Positions 37,346 through 49,071 of a stretch of DNA of 64,000 nucleotides are shown here, one piece after another. Both the position numbers and the translations under genes were made by a program. How positions within the stretch are numbered: position 1 is the stretch's first letter; each line of letters opens with the position of its first letter. The DNA lies in contig QPGO01000016.1 in assembly GCA_008632985.1 (NCBI GenBank), positions 530,840 through 594,839 on the forward strand, written 5' to 3'. A model generated the notes under the pieces. It was not told where the DNA came from, did no database searches, and saw only the letters and a program-made list of their open reading frames with translations. Source of the DNA: Psammoneis japonica (lineage: Eukaryota).

Positions 37346-38395
37346 ATGCAACGCGATGACGCTCACATGAGATTTCGATCCAGACGTCGCAACAGCATTT
37401 TGGCATGGCTCATTGGAGTGGTGGGTTTGGTCAAGATCTATCACGATTTGTCAATGCTGAGCATCCTTTCGCAAGAACCCCACAGTGGCAGACAATCTAC
37501 GGTTCTTTCGTCCCTTGGCCTCTTTATCAAGAAACAGCGTATTCGAATGGCTTTTCTTCACGTGGGCAAAACCGGAGGCGCCACTGTTCGTCAGGTCTTG
37601 CGACACGGGTGTTTTCACCGAGCCTGTCGAGAGGAACGTGCGTTGCAACTGGCGACAAACGAAACCATGATTTCCAAATTGACTCGAGGATACTATCACG
37701 GTTCCAAAACTCTTCCGGAATATCACCTTTACAATGCGTTTGTCATTTCCATTCGAAATCCAGTTGATCGACTGGCGTCGTGGTTTATGTATCAGCATCC
37801 GTTGAACCGAAAGTTTGCAAAATCGCGACGGGACAGTGGAAGCATGGTTGATATTGCGAGATGTTGGAAAGAACTGGATGACTTTTGTCGATCGGGACTC
37901 GGCAACAAGAGAGTTGTGGGACGATGCAGCAATGTACATGCATTGGCAAGGGATTGTGTGCTAGGACGAGACGAGAGCTGTGGTCACATGTATTACAACT
38001 ATGAATTCTACACACGCACATTTCTAAGCAAGAAGCGATGGTACTGGAGAAGGCCCGTTTTGTTTGTAATTCGCACCGAGCACATGTGGGATGACTGGGT
38101 AGTAATCAACAAAATGCTGGGCGAGCCTTCATTCATAAACAAACATCATCTTCCACAAGTGCAAGACCATCGAGATGGACATGAACTGTCTGAATACCCA
38201 ATATCAAATCGGACAATTGGCAAGGATGGACTTGCAAATGTCTGTCGACTGCTGTGCCGTGAAATACAAATATACAAGAGGTTGCTACAAGAAGCAGCCA
38301 ATCTAGACGAGGCCATGAAAAGAGAGTCCCTTCAAGACATGCAGCGATTCTGTCGAAACGAAACTTTGAATTCATCATGTCCTCCAATGCGATGA
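37346..38395 (+). CDS. Type II membrane sulfotransferase-like protein
   Basis: N-terminal TM; FLHVGKTGG (5'PSB); IRNPVDRLASWF (3'PB). Confidence 0.85.
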   Translation: MQRDDAHMRFRSRRRNSILAWLIGVVGLVKIYHDLSMLSILSQEPHSGRQSTVLSSLGLFIKKQRIRMAFLHVGKTGGATVRQVLRHGCFHRACREERALQLATNETMISKLTRGYYHGSKTLPEYHLYNAFVISIRNPVDRLASWFMYQHPLNRKFAKSRRDSGSMVDIARCWKELDDFCRSGLGNKRVVGRCSNVHALARDCVLGRDESCGHMYYNYEFYTRTFLSKKRWYWRRPVLFVIRTEHMWDDWVVINKMLGEPSFINKHHLPQVQDHRDGHELSEYPISNRTIGKDGLANVCRLLCREIQIYKRLLQEAANLDEAMKRESLQDMQRFCRNETLNSSCPPMR

Positions 38396-38513
38396 CAGCA
38401 CCAAGTCGCAGTCTGATTAATTTTAAGCTATATTTCTTACGATCGACCAACTAAGGCTTGCAATAATTGTGCCCCTATATTGCGACATGGCTCATCCTGA
38501 ACAAAATCTCAGT

Positions 38514-38957
38514 TTAGTCCTTCTTGATTAACAGAAACAATCTCATATCAGGCAGAACATTACTCAAATGTCTCGCATCCCCCGTAAGACGCATCAAGAG
38601 TCCACCGTACGAAATACTAATCACAACCATCCCGTCCTTTTGGTGCACCACATCAAAAACCCGGCCGTGCATGACGTACTCATAATTGTCTGCCAGTGTC
38701 GGTTCGTTGCTGGGCGCGTACGAAAAATGATCTTGGGGCGACGCGTCCAAATGAAGGGTGGAGGCTAAGACCAAGGTAATCTTTTCGGATTCCTGTACCT
38801 TGTAAATATCAGAATTCATATCCAAGAGCAACTCGCATTCAAAGGTAGTTCCCGTTGCTGCGATCCGATTGACTCGGTCAAAGCGTTTGCCTTCAGGATT
38901 GAGTGCCGTGACTTCGAAAATATCTTCAAACAGGGTGACCCGTGCTGAGGATTCCAT
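38514..38957 (-). CDS. RPB8: RNA polymerase I/II/III shared subunit RPABC3
   Basis: LFEDIF, KRFDRVNRI, YEYVMHGRV, SYGGLLMRL. Confidence 0.97.
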   Translation of the reverse strand: MESSARVTLFEDIFEVTALNPEGKRFDRVNRIAATGTTFECELLLDMNSDIYKVQESEKITLVLASTLHLDASPQDHFSYAPSNEPTLADNYEYVMHGRVFDVVHQKDGMVVISISYGGLLMRLTGDARHLSNVLPDMRLFLLIKKD

Positions 38958-39678
38958 ATTGTGTGTGTCTGTGCGTTTGATTGCTCAATTGGTGCCAATG
39001 TTGCAGGCGCGGGCGGGTGGATCGTACAGTATTATGCAACGCCGCAACGCAGTTGGCCGTCTTCTTTCCTTCGTTGCCGTTTTCTAATAAAACAAATGCA
39101 CGGGAATATCCGTAAGGAAATTACCTCACGAAGATAAGAGAGCTATCCGCTAGCTATGTACAAGATCGGGTTGGGTGGTAAGATAAGGATGGTTCTCCGA
39201 TCTCCTAGTAATGTCACACCTCTCGTTTTTGTCGCTCGTCGCTCTCTAGAGTAGAGAGTACCGGTAGTCGCTCGTCGCGTTCGTTGCAGAGGCTAACGTG
39301 TTAGCTTGTCTGAAGTACTTCTACTCGAAAGCATGCTTATTTGCCCGGGCGGCGAGCGCGTGCACCGCGAGAGGTGAACAGTCTGAGGGTTTTTGTCCTT
39401 TGTGGAAGTAAGGTCATATCACTTTTTAACTGAAAAATATCAAGTCATAGAAAGACATTCTTATTTTAAATATGCCTGAGACATCTCGGAACGATAAAAC
39501 GTTCCAGTTTGTCAATCACCTTCTTCGCTTCACAAAGTTCCCATTTTCGCCATAATATTGAGTAAAAAAATGGTGCTCCGTGGTCAAGTCTCCGGCACGA
39601 TGAAAATCATTTCGAAGTGGCTGTCGCCAATTTGGTCTCTACCTTTAAGCATTCAACGCACGCCAACATGTTTTAAAG

Positions 39679-41499
39679 ATGAACCTCGCAAGCTTGGGAA
39701 TCTTTTTTCTCGTTATTACTTCTACGATTGCGACACCGTCACCAACTCCATCTCCTACTCCGAGCCCAACGCCGTCGCCAACTCCATCTCCTACACCAGC
39801 TCCCACCCCGAGTCCGACGCCGTCACCCACTCTCACGGATGTAGGTGCTTGTTGTAACTTCATAGAGCATACGTGCAACATGGCTAGTAAAGATGATTGT
39901 CAGAACGATGGCGATCAATGGAAAGGCCCAACCTCTACATGCGAAAGGGACTGCAGAGGCGCTTGCTGTCCACAACCAGGATCCAGGAGGCATTGCTTCA
40001 AGGGAACAAAGAGGGAGTGTAAGGCAAATGAGGGAATCTTCCAGGGCTATGGCAAACAGTGCAGCGACGTCATGTGCCCTACCTTGCGTCCAATAACCCT
40101 TTCTCCATCGAGGACTCCAACGACGGCTCCAACGATCCTACCAACGACCGCCGCACCCACGATGAGTCCAACACAAACTCCAACCGTCCCTGCAACCCCA
40201 CAACCAACCACCATGGATATGGTTCCTGGCGCATGTTGCACCTTGTTTGACGGATGCAAGTTTTATTTTCAAGATATGTGCGTGCTAAACGGAGGCACAT
40301 TTTTGGGTCCCAACGTCAAGTGTGAGGATGCCAAGTGCCCAATAAAGGGAGCTTGCTGCTTGGAAGACGGCTGTGAGATTTTGTTCAAGAAAAGGTGCAC
40401 CAACCAAAAAGGCAGGTTCAAGGGATTTGGTGTAGAGTGTGAACTCGGATTGTGTCCTACTAAACCACCAACTCCATCCCCCACCACCGTGGCACCTACA
40501 CAGAAACCTACTGTTACGCCACTTCCGACCGGAGCTTGCTGTGATGTCGAGGCGAGTTTCTGTACAGATGCCATTGAGAAAGATTGTGATACAGGAGTTT
40601 TTCTTGGCCCCGGTTCCAAGTGCAAGCAGGGTATTTGTCCTACAAGGACAGCTCCCGGTGCTTGTTGCCTTCCCAATGGCGACTGCCGATTGTTGTCGCA
40701 AAAGACATGCTCTATGAACGGGTTATTCTTTCTGGGTCAGGGTACAAACTGTAGGAACGTTGTTTGCCCCGTGTTCAATACTCCACGTCCTATCCCAGTT
40801 CCGCAGACAACGAAACCGACTGGTGCGTGCTGCTTTGGAAATGGACTTTGTCGCGACCTAAGATCAGCTGTGTGTAGGAAAAAGAACGGCAAGTTCTTGG
40901 GTGTCGGCTCCGAATGTAACTACGACAACACCTGTCCCTTCTTGAGAAAGCCCGGGGCGTGCTGTTTTCCTGAAAAGGGGCTATGCAAAACTCTCAGAGA
41001 AAAAGCTTGCAAAGGAAGGGGGGGAGAATTTGCAGGCGAAGGTGTCAAGTGCAGTAAAACCTCGTGCCCGGCCGCTTATGGTGCGTGTTGTTTCTCCAAC
41101 GGAACTTGTATCGTGTCGAGAAGGATGTTCTGTGCTAGCAAGGGCGGAGAGTTTGCTGGCTTGGGTACCGAGTGCAACGAGGGTGGTTGTTCTACTGAGC
41201 AAGCCGGAGCTTGTTGCTGGAGAAATGGCGAGTGCAGCATGCTAAAGGCTTCGAGGTGTTGGAAAAGGGGAGGTAGCTTCAAGGGAGCTGGAGTCAAATG
41301 CAGAAGAAACACGTGCCTTGCACCCGCCGGCTTAGGTGCCGATTGCAACAAAGGCGACTGTTCCTTTGAGCAGCCCGGAGCTTGTTGCTGGAGAAATGGC
41401 GAGTGCAACATGCTTAAGAAATCGAGGTGTTGGAAAAGAGGAGGTAGTTTCAAGGGAGCTGGCATCAAGTGCAGAAGAAACACGTGCGTTGCACCCTGA
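39679..41499 (+). CDS. Secreted Cys-rich GACC-repeat protein 1 (11 modules plus one partial, Pro/Thr linkers)
   Basis: Signal peptide; (TPSP)n; repeated GACC-C-C-G.F.G.G..C-C six-Cys module. Confidence 0.9.
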   Translation: MNLASLGIFFLVITSTIATPSPTPSPTPSPTPSPTPSPTPAPTPSPTPSPTLTDVGACCNFIEHTCNMASKDDCQNDGDQWKGPTSTCERDCRGACCPQPGSRRHCFKGTKRECKANEGIFQGYGKQCSDVMCPTLRPITLSPSRTPTTAPTILPTTAAPTMSPTQTPTVPATPQPTTMDMVPGACCTLFDGCKFYFQDMCVLNGGTFLGPNVKCEDAKCPIKGACCLEDGCEILFKKRCTNQKGRFKGFGVECELGLCPTKPPTPSPTTVAPTQKPTVTPLPTGACCDVEASFCTDAIEKDCDTGVFLGPGSKCKQGICPTRTAPGACCLPNGDCRLLSQKTCSMNGLFFLGQGTNCRNVVCPVFNTPRPIPVPQTTKPTGACCFGNGLCRDLRSAVCRKKNGKFLGVGSECNYDNTCPFLRKPGACCFPEKGLCKTLREKACKGRGGEFAGEGVKCSKTSCPAAYGACCFSNGTCIVSRRMFCASKGGEFAGLGTECNEGGCSTEQAGACCWRNGECSMLKASRCWKRGGSFKGAGVKCRRNTCLAPAGLGADCNKGDCSFEQPGACCWRNGECNMLKKSRCWKRGGSFKGAGIKCRRNTCVAP

Positions 41500-43091
41500 C
41501 TACACCTTGTGAGTGTGCAAGCGGCGGTAGAGCCCATCTCTACTTGTTAAAACGAGGGCACAATATTTGCAATTCACATTAAGAAGAAGTTCCATCCAGG
41601 TCAACACCGAGCGGTCACTAGTGTTTCGAAATACGATTGGAAAGATAATGGCGTGCAGCATCTATCTTCAGGGACTAGGGCCATCTAGTCTAGCGGGGCG
41701 CAAGACCGCTACTTTACTGAACATTAAGTCAACGAATGGTCATGGAGGGCAAAGCGAAAGAATTAAGCGTTGAAACTGTCTATAGGTGGCGCCTGGAATG
41801 ATTCAAATTTGCAGATGTGTACAAATTGCGTCATCGAGCGGGTTTACGACCTTGTGATGATTTATGAAAATTCAAAGGCATACCGGTAGAGAAAAAAGAA
41901 CATCGATAAATACGTATCGATCAAAATATAGGCTTTTGTAGTTCTGGAGGGTGTGTCAGTTCTACAAGCGAAATTTTAAGATCGTGTAAAACAAAGTTTG
42001 GTATATGCGCTTTCCCGCCCATGTTTAGTGCCAATAAAGTGAGAACAGTTTGTACCAAAACTTAGATGAGTTGGACTGATTCAAACTAATATGATTTGTT
42101 GTTTTCCAATTGTGCCGTCGGTTCATGGATCTGTACAGGCTCAATCAACGTAGCACCATAGATAGAATACATCATGGCTTTATATATAATATGAAATGAT
42201 TTTAACTCTAGAGCGTCTTCCGTATTACCGTATTATGAACTATGTCGGAAGCATATCCATGAGGTTGCTTTGACAAACGATGCAAAGATTGCTACATTAG
42301 CAACCGTCACGCATATTAGCTCGGCATGAACTGCGGAACTGCTTACCGGTAGCCGGAAGATTGAAGATACACTGCGCTGTTGTCGGGACAGATCTGGGAT
42401 CTACCGTATGATCTATGATCTACAGTATGGCGCGTGCAATATCTTCTCTGCAGTTTGATTTGAGTGTCTCTGAAGTGTCTGTCCTCCGCGACGGACAGCG
42501 GGGTTACTTCCTTGTTGACACTTTTGTCCAGTACCTCACTGACGGTATTTACGTGTCGCGGATGTCTTCCACGTCGGCGAACGTTTAAGAGAAAAAACTA
42601 CATACATATCCCCACGTAGAAATACGGGATAGAACTTTTTGTCATGATCGTGAATTTTGTCCGAGGGTCATCACGATCGCCGCACGCTTATCATGAGCGA
42701 GGAGAAACCAATTTCAGTGATGACTTCGCAATTCCAATGATCCTTGTTCTGAAACGGACAACACACTCACCTTTCACTCGCGTGATGTCTTGCACAGCAT
42801 ACCTTAAGTAATGTTAAGCACACAGGCAGTGCTGGCGCCATGCTTCTCTTCTCAAATGCTCTTCCATAACAACGTTAATACTTATTCAATGAAATGCGCA
42901 GGCACACCAAACTTTGATTGATTGCATATGCGTCAAAATACTTATATCGACTCCTCTTATCATACTGCAGCGCAACTGTCGCAGGTCCACGCGAGGATTT
43001 GGTTTTTCCATCCGGGGTCCTCAAACCTTCTCTCACAAAAAGTAGCTCACAACTTTTCGAGCACAAGAATTCAGTGAACTACTCGGCCAAG

Positions 43092-45299
43092 ATGAAGTTC
43101 GCGCTCACAGCTGTCGTGAGCATTGGGGCGTTGGTCACACCGTGGCTTGCCCAAGCAGGCTCGGAAGAAGTCGCCTTTGATTTGCCTGTCGAGAGGGACT
43201 TGTACGCACCTCCTGGTGTCTGTTGCAGTCCTCACGGCAAAGACAGCTGTATTCCAGCCGATTCGGGAATTTCGGAGGTCGCTTGTGATGCCGTCAAGGG
43301 TGAATGGTTTGAGGGAGGAAATTGTACGACGGATTGTCTCGGTGCTTGCTGCAAGGATTTCACGTGCTACACTCTGTCCTACCACTCGTGTACGCACCCG
43401 AACTTCAATGGTATGTGGAACGGCTTCGGTGTCGACTGTGACACATTCGTTTGCCCAACTCCAGCACCTACCGTTGCGCCTACGACCATGGCACCAACGA
43501 CCGCGGAGCCCACCAAGTCTCCTACGAAGGAGCCGACTATGGCTCCTACCACCGGTGCTCCTACCGCCAAGCCTACCCCAAGTCCGACCAGATTCGAGGA
43601 TGGTCCCGGTGCGTGCTGCACGCCTTGGGATGGATGCCTTGAGAACACCTCCCAGCAATCTTGCGGTCTCCTCGGTGGCAGCTTTGTTGGCGCCGGTGTG
43701 AACTGTACGAGAGGCCTTTGTCCCGATAGGGGCGCGTGCTGCCTTGACGGGGGTTGCACCTACGAATTCAAGAGCAAGTGTAACATCGCTGGAGGCGACT
43801 TCAAGGGTCGCGGAGTCATGTGCGGAAAACCCGAAGACGGTGTGTGTCCCACCAAACAGCCGACCTTCGCCCCCACTCCGGCTCCCACTCCAGCCCCTAC
43901 TGCTGCTCCCACCAAGGTTCCCACCACCCCATCTCCTACTACCATTGAGCATGTGCCTGGCGCATGCTGCCTTGATAGCGTCAACGGCGGTGAGATTTGT
44001 GCCGAGTTGACAAGGCTCGACTGTAAGAGAGCTGTTGGACGATTCCGTGGATTCGGTACCGTTTGTGACGAGAAGAACGAAATTTGTTTGATTACCGACC
44101 CGCCAACCCCTTCTCCTACCGTGGAACCTGGTGCTGGAGGTTGCTGCGTCCCAGGGTTCGACCGGTGCTTCACGACATCCTTCGACACTTGTACCAAAGT
44201 CAACATGGGTCAGTGGCTTGGAGAAGGACCCACCTGTACGAAAGACATTGTCTGCCCAATCACCGAGCCGCCTTCGCCATCCCCGTCTGGTGCTTGCTGC
44301 ATTACTCTTCGTAACGGTCTTCCATACTGCCTTCCCGACTCCTCCGAGCAAACTTGCGCTAGCCAGCCTGGTGGACAATTCGTGAATGGAGGCAACTGCG
44401 ACGATATCCACTGCCCTATTACCCCGAGCCCAACTCCTTCTCCTCCGAATCCCGACGACCCCGAAGGTCCTTGCTGCTTCCCCGGAGATCCCATGTGTTA
44501 CATTTCCTCCTTTACTTCCTGCGTTCTTTTGAGCCAAGGAAAGTTCTTTGGATTTGGAAACACGTGTGACAACATCCAGTGCCCCGGGCCTACTCCCACG
44601 GATCCTCCGACCACTCCTGTCAACAACAAGGGAGCATGCTGCCTCAAGGACAAGCGTTGCCTTGTTCTCAGACAAGGAAACTGCTTGAAGAGAGATGGTG
44701 ATTTCAAGGGAGTTGGCAAACCGTGCGGTCCCAACAACTCCTGCCCCGTCCCAGTTCGTCCTACAAAACCCCCGACTTTCGGAAAGACTGGTGCTTGCTG
44801 CCTCAAGACGGGCCGTTGTCTCAAACTCAAGCCTGGAAACTGCAAGCGGCGTTACGGTCATTACTTTGGTGATGGCACACACTGCGGTCCCAACAATACC
44901 TGTCCACCTGATAACTCGAACAAGCCCGGCGCCTGCTGCTTCCCCGAAAAGGGAATTTGCCGCAACCTCAAGGGGTCCATCTGCAAGAAGCAGGGTGGCG
45001 ACTTTACGCCTGGAAAGAAGTGCAACAAGAAGACCTGTCCCGCTGCGTACGGTGCCTGCTGCTTATCGGATGATTCGTGCATTGTCGTCAAGCCCAAGTT
45101 CTGTGCCAACAAGAAGGGTCACTTTGTTGGATTGGGTAGTGTGTGCAAACCCGGTACCTGTCCAGTCAGCGACAAGCCCGGTGCCTGCTGTCTGGGAAGC
45201 AAGGGCAAGTGCAAGATCTTCAAGAAGAGCACTTGCTGGAGGAAGGGAGGCAAGTTCGTGGGAGGCTACTGCAAACCGGATACTTGCCCCGTTTACTGA
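43092..45299 (+). CDS. Secreted Cys-rich GACC-repeat protein 2 (13 modules)
   Basis: Signal peptide MKFALTAVV; same module and linkers; shared KPGACCFPEKG and CPAAYGACC with protein 1. Confidence 0.92.
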   Translation: MKFALTAVVSIGALVTPWLAQAGSEEVAFDLPVERDLYAPPGVCCSPHGKDSCIPADSGISEVACDAVKGEWFEGGNCTTDCLGACCKDFTCYTLSYHSCTHPNFNGMWNGFGVDCDTFVCPTPAPTVAPTTMAPTTAEPTKSPTKEPTMAPTTGAPTAKPTPSPTRFEDGPGACCTPWDGCLENTSQQSCGLLGGSFVGAGVNCTRGLCPDRGACCLDGGCTYEFKSKCNIAGGDFKGRGVMCGKPEDGVCPTKQPTFAPTPAPTPAPTAAPTKVPTTPSPTTIEHVPGACCLDSVNGGEICAELTRLDCKRAVGRFRGFGTVCDEKNEICLITDPPTPSPTVEPGAGGCCVPGFDRCFTTSFDTCTKVNMGQWLGEGPTCTKDIVCPITEPPSPSPSGACCITLRNGLPYCLPDSSEQTCASQPGGQFVNGGNCDDIHCPITPSPTPSPPNPDDPEGPCCFPGDPMCYISSFTSCVLLSQGKFFGFGNTCDNIQCPGPTPTDPPTTPVNNKGACCLKDKRCLVLRQGNCLKRDGDFKGVGKPCGPNNSCPVPVRPTKPPTFGKTGACCLKTGRCLKLKPGNCKRRYGHYFGDGTHCGPNNTCPPDNSNKPGACCFPEKGICRNLKGSICKKQGGDFTPGKKCNKKTCPAAYGACCLSDDSCIVVKPKFCANKKGHFVGLGSVCKPGTCPVSDKPGACCLGSKGKCKIFKKSTCWRKGGKFVGGYCKPDTCPVY

Positions 45300-46466
45300 A
45301 TTTGAAGAAGACGCTTCGAAATTTGTGAAGATTCATTGGTCTTAGTTGACGTCTTGGATCTGTTAGTGTATTTGTTTGTATCATGTTTTGTCCCCAATCG
45401 ATTATCGGTTTAAGGTCAAGTGCAGGCTCTAATGCAAGGAGTAGCAGTGATAAAATCGATAGCTTTGCATCGATTGATAGAAATCATTTTAGTTAAATCA
45501 ATGGGATATTTGTAAACTGTACAGTAGTATATGTTCATATTACCCAGGGTATAATTGTTGCAATTCCTTGTTGATATGCATCGCAATTCCCGCAGTTCTT
45601 GCTACAAGAGCCACCGTCACTACCACATTGGTTTTAGACTTGCCCCGTTCCAGCATGACCATGACTTTAAAATACCAATGGGTCGATATGCCACGAGCGC
45701 ATCACCACCCAAAACTGCCACCAAATATCCAGCCGTATAGCTGCTTCCCCGAAAAGGGGATTTGCTGCAACCTCGAGGCATCCATCTGCAAAAGAAGCAG
45801 GGTGGCGACTGGCAAAAAGTGCAACAAGAAGACTTCTCCCGCCGCGTACGCGGTGCTTGTCGGATGATGATTCGTGCCTTTGTTGGATTGGGTAGGGTGT
45901 TCAAACCCGCGGTACCTGTCCAGTCAGCCCCGGTGTCTGCTGTTTGGGAAGCAAGTGCAAGATCTTCAAGAAGGGTACTTGCTGGAGGAAGGGAGGCAAG
46001 GTCGTGGGGGGGCTACTGCAAACCGGATACTTGCCCCGTTTAATGAGAATTTGAAGAAGACGCTTTCGAAATTTGTAAAGATTCATCATTGGTCTTAGTT
46101 TTGGCCGTTTTGGATCTGTTAGTGTATTTGTTTGTATTATGTTTTGTCCCCAATCGTTTACCGGTTAAAAGTCAAGTGCAGACTCTAAGCAAGGAGTAGC
46201 AGTGATAAAATCGATAGCTTTGCATCGATTGAAAGAAATTTCACATGACCTTCCTCATGGCATACGTGTTACTATTCCTTGTTGATATGCATCGCAAACG
46301 CCGCAAAGATTGCTACAAGAGCCACCGTCACAACCGCGAGCGCACTGTGCACATTGGGTTCAAACTTGCCCCGTTCCAGCATGACCATGATTTTAAAATA
46401 CCGATGGGTCGAGGACACGAGCGCCACACCACCCAACATTGCCACCAAATATCCAGCCGTATTGCT
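44935..46466. repeat. Tandem segmental duplication (44935-45739 / 45740-46466)
   Basis: 45740-46236 is a decayed copy of the GACC-2 3' end and UTR; 45558-45738 is a truncated copy of the DUF202 3' end. Confidence 0.92.
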
Positions 46467-46690
46467 GACGGCGTCCCATTTCACAAGGCCAAACTGGCAC
46501 CCATCAAGGCGAGAGCGGTTCTCATCCATGCCAGATACGTCCGTTCGTTGGCCAAGTGATCGCGTGCTGTGGATTGTGTGTTGTTCAAGACAACACCGTG
46601 TCGTAACAAATGAGACAATGATGGAATCGTGGCCTCATTGTTACTACTATCACTGTCCTTATCGACGAGCAATGGCGTTGTCTCTTTCAT
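46272..46690 (-). CDS. DUF202/YidH-like small membrane protein; 1-bp frameshift near 46490
   Basis: ARDHLANERTYLAWMRT signature; restoring one G gives ASLGLVKWD and three TM segments. Confidence 0.88.
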
Positions 46691-48811
46691 TTCTTGTAGG
46701 TTTTTGCCTGTTGCTGGAGCGGTGGGGTTTTCCTAGCTAGCTCTACTACAGTACTGATAGAGTTAGAGCAGGAGCAGCTATGAGACCCAGGCCTTAAGTA
46801 ACTTCAAACTGGCATGGCAGGCGCGCTCCGGATGATCGTACAGACCACCACCGCGGTGACAACACGGAGAACTTGTCAAAAAACCGCCGGAGCCGACGAT
46901 GACATTGACGCGGTAGATAAGGTGTCTAAACAATCGTCGTTTTTAGTCCCATTACTACAGCAGGTTTATTACACTATCTTTCGTTTGGGGTTGTAAAGGG
47001 ACCATCAGAGAACGGCAGAGAGTCGAGTTTTATGCAAACATGCCGTTGCACCCGTTCGTGACGCCATGTTGCATGCAGACGACGCATCAACTCACCATTT
47101 GCCGGATATTCGGCACCCACTGAGTTAAAGTCCGAGTTTTTAAAAAGGCAAGTAAATTGAAAATCAAAATGGTGCTATCAATGTATCCAAGGCTCACCAC
47201 TTGTTGTCTCACTCAACTTTCTTGCGGATGCAGCCAATTCTTGTTGTCTTTCCTAGCATGAGCACATCGACGAATATAACGTCGTCGTCACATCGTCAAA
47301 CCCATTTGACTAATGGTATTGACTAGACGATTATTTTTGAAGACTTTGATAAAGCAACTGTAATGCATTCAGCCAAGTATTCTTGAATGGGAGAGAGTCG
47401 GGCGGATGAGAGTGAAAATGAAGAATGAAGTTGGCGTACGGTTCAAGAAAAAAAGCAGTCAAACATGGTTGACAAAATATTCTGATGCTGTTCTTCTATA
47501 GAATGATAAATAATAGTGAATAGAGCTCCTTCCTGGCTTGTATGTACTCTAGATTGATCGCAAAGACACAAATGTCAAATCTGAAAATAGAAAAGTGTGG
47601 CTTGTGAATGAGTATTTGTGGATTGCTTCACCCATTTATAGCATGAAAGAGGTCAGATATAGTTGTCACGAGGTCAAAGACAAATTAGAAAGTAGAACAT
47701 TGCCATAAAATCGGTTTGTGATGATGTTATCATCTAATCTCGGTGTCGAGAACGGGTCAATTTCACTTCATCGTACAGCGAGTCACGTGTCTTGAATCCC
47801 GTATGACCCACTCGACTCGAATTTTTTGGAAGTTTTAGCTAGACTTTGACCCCTGCTAGAGCAACAAAATACACAAGATATGAGCATTATCGGTCTCATC
47901 CTCATTAAACCGATGTCTTGCGAGAATGTAATAGGTATGTATTGTTCATGGTATCTGGTATTTCAAAATAGAACCAACTTTTCGTGGAGCACCTTTATTA
48001 CACGGGCAAGTACGAGGGACGATTTTCAGTGATTGGTTAGTAACTAACGTTCACCCCCATTCTAGGCCACCAAAAGGGTCATGAACTTCGTATCTGTATA
48101 TTGTTAGTCGATCGAGGTGGGTATTTGGTTAAGAACGGGGGGTTAATTTTTACACGTGGCATCATGGAGCTGGGACGGAAAGCAGCACATCAACACAAAG
48201 CAAACATCACACAACATGGCACATGAAACATGAAGCATGCATCCACATGCACGGAGCATGCGCATGCCGCGCGGCATGGCGAAATAGCGGTTCCGTCTTG
48301 CTGTCGTCGGGACCTTTGGAAACCACTTCGGCACTTCGTGAGCCGCAAAACATCGCAAAAATCCTCACCCGGCACGACGACAGTGCCGCCGACGCGCCTT
48401 CTTTCAGCTCTGCAATCGCAGCACTAACGGTTCTAAACTTCAACGGTTTCAACACAATTTTGGGCTTGTGTGAAGTGGAGCAGACGTTTTGCTGAACACT
48501 CTTGCTTGTGTGTGTGCAGTCGAATGATTGGGGCGGCGCATGTGCAAGCAGCACGCCAAACATGGTCCCAACGTGCAACACAACTGACTCTGGTCAGACA
48601 AATGATGCCAATTGACCCCAAGGCTGGCAATTTCAAATGTGGCAAAGGCCCCCCTTGCTGTGTCACACCACTGCCGCTGTCGGCTGCAACCCACGAGCTG
48701 GCGTGCACAATGTTGGGTGTTTTTGGAAGACACGCGCCATTTTGGTGTCAGAGCAGAGTGAGTGCTGATGAGAAAAAGCTTGAGAAAAAATGTTGGAGAA
48801 AGTTCCAGCAG

Positions 48812-49071
48812 GCCTGTTCCAGCTCCAGGTGATCCGCTTTTCATCACGCGAGAGGCCGATTTTTTCTGCGCAGTTTGGCACAATTAACTCCTTCAATTTT
48901 GATCGTTTCGAAAATCGAAAGGTGAGTGTACACCCAAAAACACATGTAAAGTGCACACTTGCCCTTCGATTTGGCAAAAAACGGATTTGGAAAAAGTCAA
49001 TTGCGCCAAATGCACAAATTGCCAAATGATGGGAATCGAACCCTCGCGGAGCACCTGGAGCTGGAACAGGC
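48812..49071. mobile_element. ~260-bp foldback MITE
   Basis: TIR gcctgttccagctccaggtg(a/c)tccgc at both ends; internal inverted arms; CAG flanks both sides. Confidence 0.88.

Noticed and set aside
43071..44882. 603-aa antisense ORF
   Set aside because: Shadow of the codon-biased GACC-2 gene
46750..48120. Possible gene or element in a 1.4-kb spacer
   Set aside because: No convincing ORF, terminal repeat or RNA structure seen
48129..48146. GGG-TTAA as a piggyBac end
   Set aside because: No matching TTAA-CCC partner end found in the window
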